Assembly (NCBI GenBank): GCA_964016885.1 | Contig: OZ024747.1 | Span: 24,056,001-24,120,000, forward strand | Source of the DNA: Eledone cirrhosa | Lineage: Eukaryota | Length of the DNA stretch: 64,000 nucleotides | Direction: 5' to 3' | Part shown: one piece after another, positions 12,241 to 25,390 of the stretch | Layout of the letters: each line of letters opens with the position of its first letter | How positions within the stretch are numbered: position 1 is the first letter of the stretch | The notes under the pieces: model-generated | What the model saw: the letters and a program-made list of their open reading frames with translations, nothing else | What the model was told of the DNA's origin: nothing | Databases searched by the model: none | Translations under genes and position numbers: made by a program

Positions 12241-13014
12241 TCACCTCTTCGTCTCCCGGGGATCAGGCCGCACGGTTTCCATGGGGGTGTTAGAGGAGTT
12301 GTCTGGGTGGGTGGTGGTTTCCGGTGGGGTGGGGACGGAGATGTTTGGTGGGGTGGGGGTGTCTGGGATGAGGGTGGGGAAACTTTTTAAAAGGACGCGG
12401 TTAATGGGTTTAACACAAGGATTACCCACGCCCTTAGGAAAGTTTTCCTTTAAAGACTTATAGGTGTCCGTAGGGACCCTAATCATCTTTAAATTAGGTT
12501 TGTCTACACAGTTCGAAAAAGTTTTCCCTTCCGTTTTCACCGAAGGGTCATTGGAGATGACCTCCATTAAAGTTTTTGTTTTTACTGTTTATGTATGTGT
12601 AGTGTTCTTGTTGTGTTGCGGTGGTTTTTGTCTGTTGTTCTTGTGGGAGCTTTCGTTTTGTTGTAGGTGTTTGTGTTTGGAGTGATGTCGTGGTTTTGTT
12701 TTCAGGACGGAGGGTTTTTGTTTTTAATGTTTGTGTTGTTTGTGTTGGTGGTTGTATGTTTGTAGTGATGTTTGTTGTTTTTTTGTTCTTGTGGTGTCTT
12801 TTCTTCTTTCTTTTCGAACGGAGAGGCTCTCCCTCATCATCACTTGGTGATGATGTGGGGGCCTCGTCCGTTGTGGTGTCTGTGTTATTTGGAAGGGGTA
12901 TGTTTTGGGGAGCTGTTGTTTGTGGGTGTTTTTGCAGTGGTTTTAGGTGGAGTGGGGTTGGGTGGGACTGTGCTTGCAGGTTGGTTTGTTGTTCTTGTTT
13001 TGGTTGTGTTTGCG

Positions 13015-13053
<39 letters not shown>

Positions 13054-14095
13054 GGTGGTGGTGGTGGTTGTGTTGTTGTTTTGGGTGTTGGCAGTAGTGC
13101 CTCTTTTTTTTTTTTAGTTAACTGAGGACAGTAAGCCTTCAGGTGACCACTGCTTAAACAGTGGTAACATGAAGGCCGTCTACCCTCAACAGAAATGTTT
13201 ATATGTGAAATTCCATCCAGAGGCACACGTTGGGGTATTTTAGCTATCCGTTCTGGCCTCATTTGGAGGACTTTCTCATCTGGAGGACTTCCCACCGAAA
13301 TGATGGTGTCTTCGTCGAAATCGATGAAGCCAGTTAGAATCCACCAGACGTTTACATTTGCTGCAATGTTCAAAATTTTTATTTTTTGAGTTCTTTTTCC
13401 CATATATGTGGGGAAAAAGGTGTAAAGGGGGGACACAATCGGCGATACAGAATATTTTTGTGCTGTCAATTGGTCTTTCAACAACACCGAAATGCTTCAA
13501 AAAGTTTCCCTTTTTGGATGAAGGCAATATCCTTCATGGAATTCTTCAGAACATGTTCAATATCGTTTTGGGATAACTGAACTGGTTTTTTAGACACATT
13601 TGAATCCGTCCTAAAAATTACTGTTTTTAGAACAGTTTCTCTGCGTAACTGTTGAGGAGAAGTGATGCTGAAAGCTCCACTCTCACCAAAAGTTACGTAC
13701 TGTTTTGCATCGCTTAACATTTCCCTAGCATTGGAAATGTCAAGGTATATGAACAGTTCCGTCTTTTGGACGGTTTGAGCAAAAGAAATCTTTTCCTTGT
13801 TCGTGGAGTTGTTCGTGTTGCTGTTGTTGTTGGTGGTGTTGTTGTTATCATTGTTGTTGTTGTTGGTGGTGGTATTGTTGTTATCATTGTTGCTGTTGTT
13901 GTTCTTGTTGGTGTTGTCATTATTGTTGTTGTTGTTGTTGTTGTTCTGGTTGGTGTTGTTTATATTTTGCATGTTATTGGTGTTTGTGTTAGTGTTGATG
14001 TTACAATCAACGTCCGACATCGTGTTTTCAAAACTGACGACATTTTCGATGTCTTTCAATGAGGTGGTGAGAGGAGGTGACTGCGAGCTTAACAC
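12241..14095 (-). pseudogene. Tx1/L1-like ORF1, frameshifted, with poly-Asn and poly-Gln tracts
   Basis: ORFs 13478..14095, 12885..13487 (CCHC knuckle) and 12241..12567. Confidence 0.65.
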
Positions 14096-14186
14096 TCTTA
14101 CCGCCTCTCCACCACTTCTAGTTATGTATTAATAAAAGGAATTCCAACTTTGTCTGATTTACTCGTTTTATTTGCAATCCTTTAAA

Positions 14187-14238
<52 letters not shown>

Positions 14239-14786
14239 TCGTCAATAGTCGCACGTTCTTGTGTTCGAAATGAATTATTGACTTGATTTTCTCATCTTTT
14301 CCTCTCATCATGTTGCCTCACCATTCGTGTTTGTTTACATGTCTCTCTTTCTCCACCCAACTCTTTTTATCCCAATAACTTATTTTAGTTATTGTATCGC
14401 CCGAGCTGGAGGTATATTGTCTGTAATGCGAAGAAATACCTATGATGGTTAGTAGACCACTGATGACGGATATTCCTAACTTCTATTTCTAATTCTTCAT
14501 TTATATATATATATATATCATTCTGGCACGGAGGGGTACCATCGCTGAACATTAATATCGGTAAGGTTTTTTTAATTTTATATCGATATTTGTCGGGCAT
14601 CCACTGATGATTTATAAGTGCCCACCTACATATATTCCTACGGACTATGTGTAGGCTTCTACATAACCTGGACATTATTTTCCCAATTTGTAGAAAACTT
14701 ATAATGAAATGATCGTTTGGAAAGAGAGATGTATTTTAATTATGTCTCATATAAAATAATACAACTGGTGTATAATATATATACAC

Positions 14787-14954
<168 letters not shown>

Positions 14955-15290
14955 TATATATAGTTATACTTTGAGACGGTCATCTGGCCAATAAAAACAC
15001 ACCTATTAGTTTTCACTTCAATTTATTATAAATTTCCGGCTGGTTGGTTCGATACCTACATCAGCACACATCTCTACCCACATATAAACACAATGACATA
15101 CGTAAACACACATGCTCTATGGTGCAACACAAAAAAATATATGTATATATATATAGATAAATCTACCAAAAGTTTACGGTAGTGTCCAATCCGTATGAAG
15201 AACTCAATGTAATCCGGATATCATGGAAAGAAGAGATGCATTCAAAAATCACTTTCGGTGAAAGATAAACGGAATACAGAGTCAAGATAA

Positions 15291-15683
15291 AATATTAAAA
15301 AAATAATGAATAAAACAAAGAAACAGTTCCTTATATTAAACAAAAAAAGTTCATTATTTTACGATCGTTTCTAGGACATATATGTGTTAGAATTGGCATG
15401 CATATTCAAAAGATCTATGTACAAAATTATACAAACTATCAAGGAGAATATACATACCATCACATATATATGCTGTCTTCAGAAATAATTATTTCTGAAG
15501 ACAGCATATATATGTGATGGTATGTATATTCTCCTTGATAGTTTGTATAATTTTGTACATAGATCTTTTGAATATGCATGCCAATTCTAACACATATATG
15601 TCCTAGAAACGATCGTAAAATAATGAACTTTTTTTGTTTAATATAAGGAACTGTTTCTTTGTTTTATTCATTATTTTTTTAAT

Positions 15684-15686
<3 letters not shown>
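15291..15686. repeat. Spacerless 396-bp palindrome; putative inverted Penelope-like pLTR pair
   Basis: 198-bp arms, centre GAAATAA|TTATTTC at 15488/15489; no mismatch seen by eye. Confidence 0.93.
15488..15624 (+). ncRNA. Type I hammerhead motif with very long stem II (mirror copy on the minus strand, 15353-15489)
   Basis: Stem I ATTATTT/AAATAAT; CTGAAGA at 15495; stem II 15502-15605; GAAAC at 15606; palindromic ACGATCGT; GUA at 15615-15617. Confidence 0.72.
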
Positions 15687-15719
<33 letters not shown>

Positions 15720-15899
15720 ATATATGTATATATATATATATATATATAGTGAATATATGTATATATATATATATATATATAGTGAATATCATTTCACACC
15801 TTTTATTGTTAAGATTTTTGATGTTCTATTAAGAGAACCGATTTTACTGAAAAAGTCGAATAATGTACACCATTTTACCAGGGGGAAAAAAATACTGGT

Positions 15900-15971
<72 letters not shown>

Positions 15972-16114
15972 ACGCGTACATTAACATACAAAGAGACTTA
16001 TACACACACACACACACACTTCTCCGTATAAGACAAAAGCTGAAAAATATCTTTTGACCTGCTAAAATACAGACACATTCCTACTGACCATCCCTGCTAC
16101 CACGAATTACTCTG

Positions 16115-16168
<54 letters not shown>

Positions 16169-16641
16169 ATCTTAATAGCCATTTGACACACATCCCTGCT
16201 AACCATTATCACAACATCGAACACCTTACTACTACTACTACACACACACACATATTTGTTGTGAAAGAGTCATTTCTCAGTCTTGGCGCAAAATCAATTT
16301 TTTATTCACATGACCTCTACCGACCAATCAAAATTGTTTTGACCACAAGCATTTTTGCAACACAAAAATAACGCTGGAGCCACTTTTTTAACATAAAAAC
16401 AGGTAGAATTCCCAAAACTAATCAGATCAGAGCAAACAGCACGGACACTCTATCTCAAAATTATTTTTGAAAAGCATTTAGAAATGCGCAACCGGTAAAA
16501 ACTTAAAAACTTAAAACCGCAACTGAATACTAACCCATACAATCACTAATACTCTTTTATTCCTAATTAAACCATTTTTCAACTGTGAACAATTTGTCAG
16601 CATTTTCTATTCCGTTTACCAATATATTTATATATATATAC

Positions 16642-16725
<84 letters not shown>

Positions 16726-16923
16726 TTATATATATTTATATTTTATCGAGAATTGCATTTCGGCCCACGAAATAACGAAAAACAACCTCCGAGATGTGAG
16801 GCAAGTGCTCAATGATACAGATGAACCAGAGCTGTAAGAAACGTTAAAGGCCAAACACAGAGACGATGGTTAAACAATCATATATATATATATATGGGAA
16901 GGAGGGTGTGCGTGTGTGTGTGT

Positions 16924-16964
<41 letters not shown>

Positions 16965-17039
16965 TGTGTGTGTGTGTGTGCGTGTGTGTGCGCGCGTGTG
17001 TGTGTGTGTGCGTGTGTTGGTGTGTGTGTGTGTGCGTGC

Positions 17040-20000
17040 GTGGGGTGCTGGTGTGGTGGGGTGTTGGTGTGGTGGGGTGCTGGTGTGGTGGGGTGCTGGT
17101 GTGGTGGGGTGCTGGAGTGGTGGGGTGCTGGTGTGGTGGGGTGTTGGTGTGGTGGGGTGTGGTGGGGTGCTGGTGTGGTGTGGTGCTGGAGTGGTGGGGT
17201 GTTGGTGTGGTGGGGTGTTGGTGGGGTGGGGTGTTGGTGTGGTGGGGTGTTGGTGTGGTGGGGTGCTGGTGTGGTGGGGTGTAGGTATGGTGTGGTGGGG
17301 TGTTGGTGTGGTGGGGTGCTGGTGTGGTGGGGTGCTGGTGTGGGGGGGTGTAGGTATGGTGTGGCGGGGTGTTGGTTTGGTGGGGTGCTGGTGGGGTGGG
17401 GTGCTGGAGTGGTGGGGTGCCGGTGTGGTGGGGTGTTGGTGTGGTGGGGTGTTGGTGTGGTGGGGTGCTGGTGTGGTGGGGTGCTGGTGGGGTGGGGTGC
17501 TGGAGTGGTGGGGTGCTGGTGGGGTGGGGTGCTGGAGTGGTGGGGTGTTGGTGTGGTGGGGTGCTGGTGTGGTGGGGTGTTGGTGTGGTGGGGTGCTGGT
17601 GTGGTGGGGTGCTGGTGGGGTGGGGTGCTGGAGTGGTGGGGTGCTGGTGGGGTGGGGTGCTGGTGTGGTGGGGTGTAGGTATGGTGTGGTGGGGTGTTGG
17701 TGTGGTGGGGTGCTGGTGGGGTGGGGTACTGGTGTGGTGGGGTGTAGGTATGGTGTGGTGGGGTGTTGGTGTGGTGGGGTGTTGGTGTGGTGGGGTGCTG
17801 GTGTGGTGGGGTGCTGGTGGGGTGGGGTGCTGGAGTGGTGGGGTGTGGTGGGGTGGGGTGCTGGAGTGGTGGGGTGTTGGTGTGGTGGGGTGCTGGTGTG
17901 GTGGGGTGTTGGTGTGGTGGGGTGCTGGTGTGGTGGGGTGCTGGTGGGGTGGGGTGCTGGAGTGGTGGGGTGCTGGTGGGGTGGGGTGCTGGTGTGGTGG
18001 GGTGTAGGTATGGTGTGGTGGGGTGTTGGTGTGGTGGGGTGCTGGTGGGGTGGGGTGCTGGAGTGGTGGGGTGCTGGTGTGGTGGGGTGTTGGTGTGGTG
18101 GGGTGCTGGTGTGGTGTGGTGCTGGAGTGGTGGGGTGTTGGTGTGGTGGGGTGCTGGTGTGGTGGGTGCTGGAGTGGTGGGGTGCTGGTGTGGTGGGGTG
18201 TTGGTGTGGTGTGGTGGGGTGTTGGTGTGGTGGGGTGTTGGTGTGGTGGGGTGCTGGTGTGGTGGGGTGCTGGAGTGGTGGGGTGCTGGTGTGGTGGGGT
18301 GCTGGTGTGGTGGGGTGTAGGTATGGTGTGGTGGGGTGTGGTGGGGTGTTGGTGTGGTGGGGTGCTGGAGTGGTGGGGTGTAGGTATGGTGTGGTGGGGT
18401 GTGGTGGGGTGTTGGTGTGGTGGGGTGTTGGTGTGGTGGGGTGCTGGTGTGGTGGGGTGTAGGTATGGTGTGGTGGGGTGTGGTGGGGTGCTGGTGTGGT
18501 GGGGTGCTGGAATGGTGGGGTGCTGGTGTGGTGGGGTGCTGGTGTGGTGGGGTGTTGGTGTGGTGTGGTGGGGTGTTGGTGTGGTGGGGTGTTGGTGTGG
18601 TGGGGTGTTGGTGTGGTGGGGTGCTGGAGTGGTGTGGTGCTGGAGTGGTGGGGTGTTTGTGTGGTGGGGTGTTGGTGTGGTGGGGTGTTGGTGTGGTGGG
18701 GTGTTGGTGTGGTGGGGTGCTGGTGTGGTAGGGTGCTGGTGTGGTGGGGTGCTGGTGTGGTGGGGTGTAGGTATGGTGTGGTGGGGTGTGGTGGGGTGTT
18801 GGTGTGGTGGGGTGCTGGTGTGGTGGGGTGCTGGAGTGGTGGGGTGCTGGAGTGGTGGGGTGCTGGTGTGGTGGGGTGGGGTGCTGTGTGGTGGGGTGTT
18901 GGTTTGGTGGGGTGTTGGTGTGGTGGAGTGCTGGAGTGGTGGGGTGCTGGTGTGGTGTGGTGCTGGAGTGGTGGGGTGTTGGTGTGGTGGGGTGTTGGTG
19001 TGGTGGGGTGTAGGTATGGTGTGGCGGGGTGTTGGTGTGGTGGGGTGTTGGTGTGGTGGGGTGTTGGTGTGGTGGGGTGCTGGAGTGGTGTGGTGCTGGA
19101 GTGGTGGGGTGTTTGTGTGGTGGGGTGTTGGTGTGGTGGGGTGTTGGTGTGGTGGGGTGCTGGAGTGGTGGGGTGCTGGTGTGGTGGGGTGTTGGTGGGG
19201 TGGGGTGTTGGTGTGGTGTGGTGGGGTGCTGTGTGGTGGGGTGTTGGTGTGGTGGGGTGCTGGTGGGGTGGGGTGCTGGAGTGGTGGGGTGCTGGTGTGG
19301 TGGGGTGTTGGTGTGGTGTGGTGGGGTGTTGGTGTGGTGGGGTGTTGGTGTGGTGGGGTGCTGGAGTGGTGGGGTGCTGGTGTGGTGGGGTGCTGGTGGG
19401 GTGGGGTGCTGGAGTGGTGGGGTGCTGGAGTGGTGTGGTGCTGGAGTGGTGGGGTGCTGGAGTGGTGGGGTGCTGGTGTGGTGGGGTGCTGGAGTGGTGG
19501 GGTGTTGGTGTGGTGGAGTGTTGGTGTGGTGGGGTGCTGGAGTGGTGGGGTGCTGGAGTGGTGGGGTGCTGGAGTGGTGTGGTGTTGGTGTGGTGGGGTG
19601 CTGGAGTAGTGGGGTGTTGGTGTGGTGGGGTGCTGGTGTGGTGGGGTGCTGGAGTGGTGGGGTGCTGGAGTGGTGTGGTGTTGGTGTGGTGGGGTGCTGG
19701 AGTAGTGGGGTGTTGGTGTGGTGGGGTGCTGGTGTGGTGGGGTGCTGGAGTGGTGGGGTGTTGGTGTGGTGGGGTGTTGGTGTGGTGGGGTGCTGGAGTG
19801 GTGGGGTGCTGGAGTGGTGGGGTGTTGGTGTGGTGGGGTGCTGGAGTGGTGGGGTGCTGGAGTGGTGTGGTGTTGGTGTGGTGGGGTGCTGGAGTAGTGG
19901 GGTGTTGGTGTGGTGGGGTGCTGGTGTGGTGGGGTGCTGGAGTGGTGGGGTGTTGGTGTGGTGGGGTGTTGGTGTGGTGGGGTGCTGGAGTGGTGGGGTG

Positions 20001-20137
20001 CTGGAGTGGTGGGGTGCTGGTGTGGCGGGGTGCTGGAGTGGTGGGGTGTTGGTGTGGTGGGGTGTTGGTGTGGTGGGGTGTTGGTGTGGTGCTGGAGTGG
20101 TGTGGTGTTGGTGTGGTGGGGTGCTGGAGTGGTGGGA
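17040..20137. repeat. ~3.1-kb G-rich minisatellite, 16-bp unit GG(T/A)GTGGTGGGGTG(C/T)T
   Basis: Direct reading; ORF translations repeat every 16 aa (three units). Confidence 0.93.
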
Positions 20138-20289
20138 TGTTGTGTGAGATGGTGGTGGGAATTGGTCTGGAGGGAGGTGTATTAGGTAAGAAAGGAAGTG
20201 GTGCTGGTGAGGTGGGGGATGAGGTGATGGTGATGAGGTGGGGAAGGAGGTGTTAGAGCTGGTGGTCAATAATGGTTTCTTTTGGGGGT

Positions 20290-20466
20290 GGAGAAAGTCG
20301 ATTAAATCGACCCAGTGCGTGACTGGTACTTTATTTTATCGACCCCGTAAGGATTAACGGCAAAGTTAACCTCGGTGGGATTTGAACCCAGATCATAAAG
20401 GGCCGTAACTCTATGCTGCAAAGCATGGCGTCCGACCCTCTACCGATACTGCCAATCCACCGCCCC
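20290..20466 (-). mobile_element. tRNA-derived SINE (Nin/Deu-like core)
   Basis: Minus strand box A TGGCAGTATCGG, box B GGTTCAAATCC, core ..ATCCTTACGGGGTCGATAAAATAAAGTACCAG. Confidence 0.82.
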
Positions 20467-21049
20467 TGTTGGTGGTCAATAATAAAGAGACAAGAGTCTT
20501 TTGTGATCAACATTTTAGACAACAGGAATATTGATTAAATGAATAAAAGAACGACAGCTTATTTGTATTTATGTCACTGCATTCTGTTATTCTTCTGTTC
20601 CCCTATGTTTCAGTCTTTTGACTGGGGCCATAGTGGGACACCTCCATCAATGATTGTAGTTGAGGTCATTGACCCCTAGAACTTAATCCGGGTTTGATCC
20701 ATTTCTTGGAATCTTGAGTAAATGTCGTTTACTATGGCCTCTGGTTGACCCAAGCCCTGTGAATGTAATTGGGTAGGCGGAGACTGTGTTGAAGCCCATC
20801 AGAAAGATTATACCTGTAATTGAAAGGGCCGGTCTTGTGACACTCTGTTTAATGCTGAATCTCCCTGAAAATTACGTTAAGGGTACATATGTATGTGGAA
20901 TGCTCAACCACTTGAACTTTAATTTCACAAGCCAACTGTTCGGTTGATCAAACAATTAGAACACTCATCATTGACACCGACAGAGCTCCATTCCATTCCA
21001 GCCACCGGTTCTACCATAGCTTGTGAGTAAATTATATATGAGCTGATCC

Positions 21050-21270
21050 CGGGTTCGATCCTACAGTGTGATATCTTGGACAAGTACTTTTTACCATAGT
21101 CTCGGGTTCGATCCTACAGTGTGATATCTTGGACAAGTACTTTTTACCATAGTCTCGGGTTCGATCCTACAGTGTGATATCTTGGACAAGTACTTTTTAC
21201 CATAGTCTCGGGTTCGATCCTACAGTGTGATATCTTGGACAAGTACTTTTTACCATAGTCTCGGGTTCGA
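21050..21270 (+). repeat. 53-bp tandem repeat (4 copies plus 9 bp) inside a SINE remnant
   Basis: cgggttcga recurs at 21050, 21103, 21156, 21209 and 21262. Confidence 0.9.
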
Positions 21271-21649
21271 GTGAAATTAGGTAGACGGAAACTGTTTGGA
21301 AAAGAAGCTGGTTATGAGTGAAATTGGTTAGATGGAAACTAGATTGCACCTGTAATTCCAAGCACCAGCCTTGTCACACATGGTGTAACGTGGAATCCCC
21401 CTGAGAATTAAGTTAAGACGGTAGTTCGTCTTAGTACCAGTATTAGTTCATCACTAGTTGTTCGTTTCTAAGGAAAATAATGTTGATTTGTGTTATTATT
21501 GTTCTTGAAACAAACATGGTAGTTGCCTGTAACTAGAGAGTGGATTGAATTGAGGACCTAATGAATGCAAAGCGAACTTCTTAACCATTTGGCCAGCTGT
21601 ATAAACTCATATATATATATATATATACGGAAGGATCATTACCGTATAT

Positions 21650-21711
<62 letters not shown>

Positions 21712-21778
21712 ATAATAATAAAATTGAAGACTAAAATCCAAAGAGGGCTCGAATAAATATATATATATATATAGAGAG

Positions 21779-22335
21779 AGAGAAAATTGAGGTTGGTAAT
21801 GGCACATGGAATATATAAGAGACAGAATACTTTTTTGTGAAAAAACATATAATTTTATAAGGTAAGGAAATAATAAAGGGTATAAAAATTGACCGGTTTC
21901 GATGGGTCTGCAAAAGCCATCTTTTCAAATGTTGATTAATATTAAGAAAAATTAATAATAAGAAGAGTTAAAATTTGAGATTTGAAAATTCAAGTATAGA
22001 ATTCATTGTGGGATTTCATAGTAGTTTTCATCTTGGTAGCAACTCGTTGACTGCTTCTGGTAGTGAACGAGTTGCTACCAAGATGAAAACTACTATGAAA
22101 TCCCACAATGAATTCTATACTTGAATTTTCAAATCTCAAATTTTAACTCTTCTTATTATTAATTTTTCTTAATATTAATCAACATTTGAAAAGATGGCTT
22201 TTGCAGACCCATCGAAACCGGTCATTTTTTATACCCTTTATTATTTCCTTACCTTATAAAATTATATGTTTTTTCACAAAAAAGTATTCTGTCTCTTATA
22301 TATTCCATGTGCCATTACCAACCTCAATTTTCTCT
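21779..22335. repeat. ~557-bp near-perfect inverted repeat with a degenerate hammerhead motif in each arm
   Basis: ~270-bp arms, 17-nt spacer 22049-22065; TTGAAAA-GATGG..CCATC-GAAAC-CG-GTC at 22186-22223. Confidence 0.88.
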
Positions 22336-22366
22336 ATAACCTTCGTTTTGTGTAGTAAATTACACT

Positions 22367-22449
<83 letters not shown>

Positions 22450-22455
22450 ATATGA

Positions 22456-22523
<68 letters not shown>

Positions 22524-22569
22524 TATATAAATCTTTTCAAATGTTTCATATATATATAATATATATATA

Positions 22570-22617
<48 letters not shown>

Positions 22618-23555
22618 TATATATTATATATATATATTATATATATATATTATATATATATATTATATATATATATTATATATATATATTATATATATAT
22701 ATTATATATATTATATATATATATATGAAACATTTGGAAAGATTTGCGGCCCACCGAGAATATTTCATTGAACCACATATATATTATATCATATCTTACA
22801 CATAAACATATGACAAGGCTTGAGGCCAACAGAGACCACCTCAAAGTCCACATGGGGTCTAAAGCCCTCCGAGGACACCGCAATACCTCATACATACATA
22901 CATATACGCGCGCACGCACACATAGATACATACATACATTCATACATTCATACATACATTCATACATACATACATACATACATTCATACATACATACATA
23001 CATTCATACATTCATACATACATGCATACATACATTCATACATACATTCATACATACATACACACATGCATACATACATACATACATACATACATACATA
23101 CATTCATACATTCATACATACATACATACATACATACATACATACATACATTCATACATACATTCATACATTCATACATACATACATTCATACATTCATA
23201 CATACATTCATACATACATACACACATGCATACATACATACATACATACATACATTCATACATACATACATACATACATACATACATACATACATACATT
23301 CATACATACATTCATACATACATTCATACATACATACATACATGCATACATACATGCATACATACATACATACATACATACATACATACATACATTCATA
23401 CATACATTCATACATACATTCATACATTCATACATACATACATTCATACATACATACATACATACATACATACATACATACATACATACATACATACGTT
23501 CATACATACATTCATACATACATTCATACGTTCATACATACATACATATATACAT

Positions 23556-24121
23556 GGTGGCTGCCAACTCGTTTTCGAGTACGGCCACTACTTTATATCC
23601 ATGTAGGAGAACTCCTACCGATGCGCTGAACGAATGTGACTTTTTAGTCCAGCCAGCGACTTGAAAACTGGTACAAACACTACACCTGTGACAATTATTG
23701 ACACATAGTGCTGGGCCCATGGTACCATGTGATGACAAGTGCAGGGAGACCTCTAGATATAAAGCAATGCCTGTGCTGTGAAGCTTTTATAGTGAGCAAA
23801 GGCACTGCACAAAGCCAGTCCCACTCTCTTAACCAAGATGATATTTACCAAAAAGAAGAACAAGTCAACATCATTGGATACCATCAGGGTTGCAGGTGTT
23901 ATATCAGAGTTTTCCTTCTCCTAGAATTCTGCCTTGACAAAGGCTAAGGGGTCATCTCTCCCGGTGATTTTGGATGGCCATTGACTCTTAAGAGCTCCTT
24001 TGCCCTTTGACAGGTTTTGTCTTTAGTCCTGCAGCATGTCCAAAGTCACCCTCCTCACCAAGAAACCTTGGTGGGGTTGCCAGTTTAGTCGCCAACGACC
24101 CGACCATGAGACAGGTTGTAC
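23556..24121 (-). mobile_element. Non-autonomous RTE-related element (copy F, slightly 5'-truncated)
   Basis: Reverse complement of copy B. Confidence 0.88.
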
Positions 24122-24353
24122 ATTCATTCATACATACATACATACATACATACATACATACATACAGACATACATTCATTCATACATACATTCATACAAA
24201 CATACATACATTCATACATACATTCATACATACATACATACATACATACATTCATACATACATACATACATACATACATACATACATACATACATACATA
24301 CATACATACATACATACATACATTCATACATACATACATTCATACATACATTC

Positions 24354-24508
24354 ATAATTCATAGTCTACAAATGGCTGCGATAGCTGGCACCTTCAAAAT
24401 ATGCAAAACATTCTTGCGATTCAAGGGATGACAATTTCTTTTCTTTTACAACCTTGCCACCAGGAAGGTGGCCGGTCAAAAAAAAATATACTCGAAAGTA
24501 AGAGAAAA
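24354..24508 (+). mobile_element. 3' stub of the Dong-like element
   Basis: Matches 29533-29690. Confidence 0.9.
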
Positions 24509-24968
24509 CATACATACATTCATACATACATACATACATTCATACATACATACATACATTTATACATTCATACATACATACATACATACATACATACATA
24601 CATACATTCATACATACATACATACATTCATACATACATACATACATACATACATACATACATACATACATACATACATACATACATTCATACATACATA
24701 CATTCATACATACATACATACATTCATACATACATACATACATACATACATTCATACATACATTCATACATACATACATACATACATTCATACATACATT
24801 CATACATACATACATACATTCATACATACATACATACATACATATATATATACAAACATACATACATACATTCATACATACATACATTCATACATACATA
24901 CATATATATATACATACATACATTCATACAGACATACATACAGACATACAGACATACATACATACATT

Positions 24969-25002
<34 letters not shown>

Positions 25003-25390
25003 TTCATACATACATACATACATTCATACATACATACATACATACATACATTCATACATACATACATACATACATACATACATTCATACATACATACATA
25101 CATACATACATACATACATACATACATACATTCATACATACATACATACATACATACATACATACATACATTCATACATACATACATACATACATACATA
25201 CATACATACATTCATACATACATACAGACAGACATACATACATACATACATACATACATACATACATACATACATACATTCATACATACATACATACATA
25301 CATACATACATACATACATACATACATACATACATACATACATACATACATACAAACAGACATACATACATACATACAAACAGACATACA

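Larger units (their letters stand above)
10130..14120 (-). mobile_element. Degenerate Tx1/L1-like LINE lacking the RT domain
   Basis: ORF1 pieces with zinc knuckle CYHCLSSGHLKAYC; APE motifs LLVGDWN, SYLDRVLV, SDHKLV, GPGYWKLN; C-terminal Cys-rich part (CPRC..ETVAHAFIHC); AATAAAG at the 3' end. Confidence 0.85.
22888..25390. repeat. (CATA)n array with CATT/CAGA variants, interrupted by two insertions
   Basis: Direct reading. Confidence 0.93.

Noticed and set aside
15015-15066. Minus-strand hammerhead-like relic (related sequence at ~43150-43210)
   Set aside because: Core reads CTGATGT and stems are not convincing
16844-20269. 1141-aa His/Pro/Thr-rich ORF resembling an extensin or mucin
   Set aside because: The unit is 16 bp, not a multiple of 3, and several frames on both strands are open; minisatellite artefact
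21050-21270. CRISPR-like regular repeat
   Set aside because: Identical head-to-tail units without unique spacers; eukaryotic context; no cas genes
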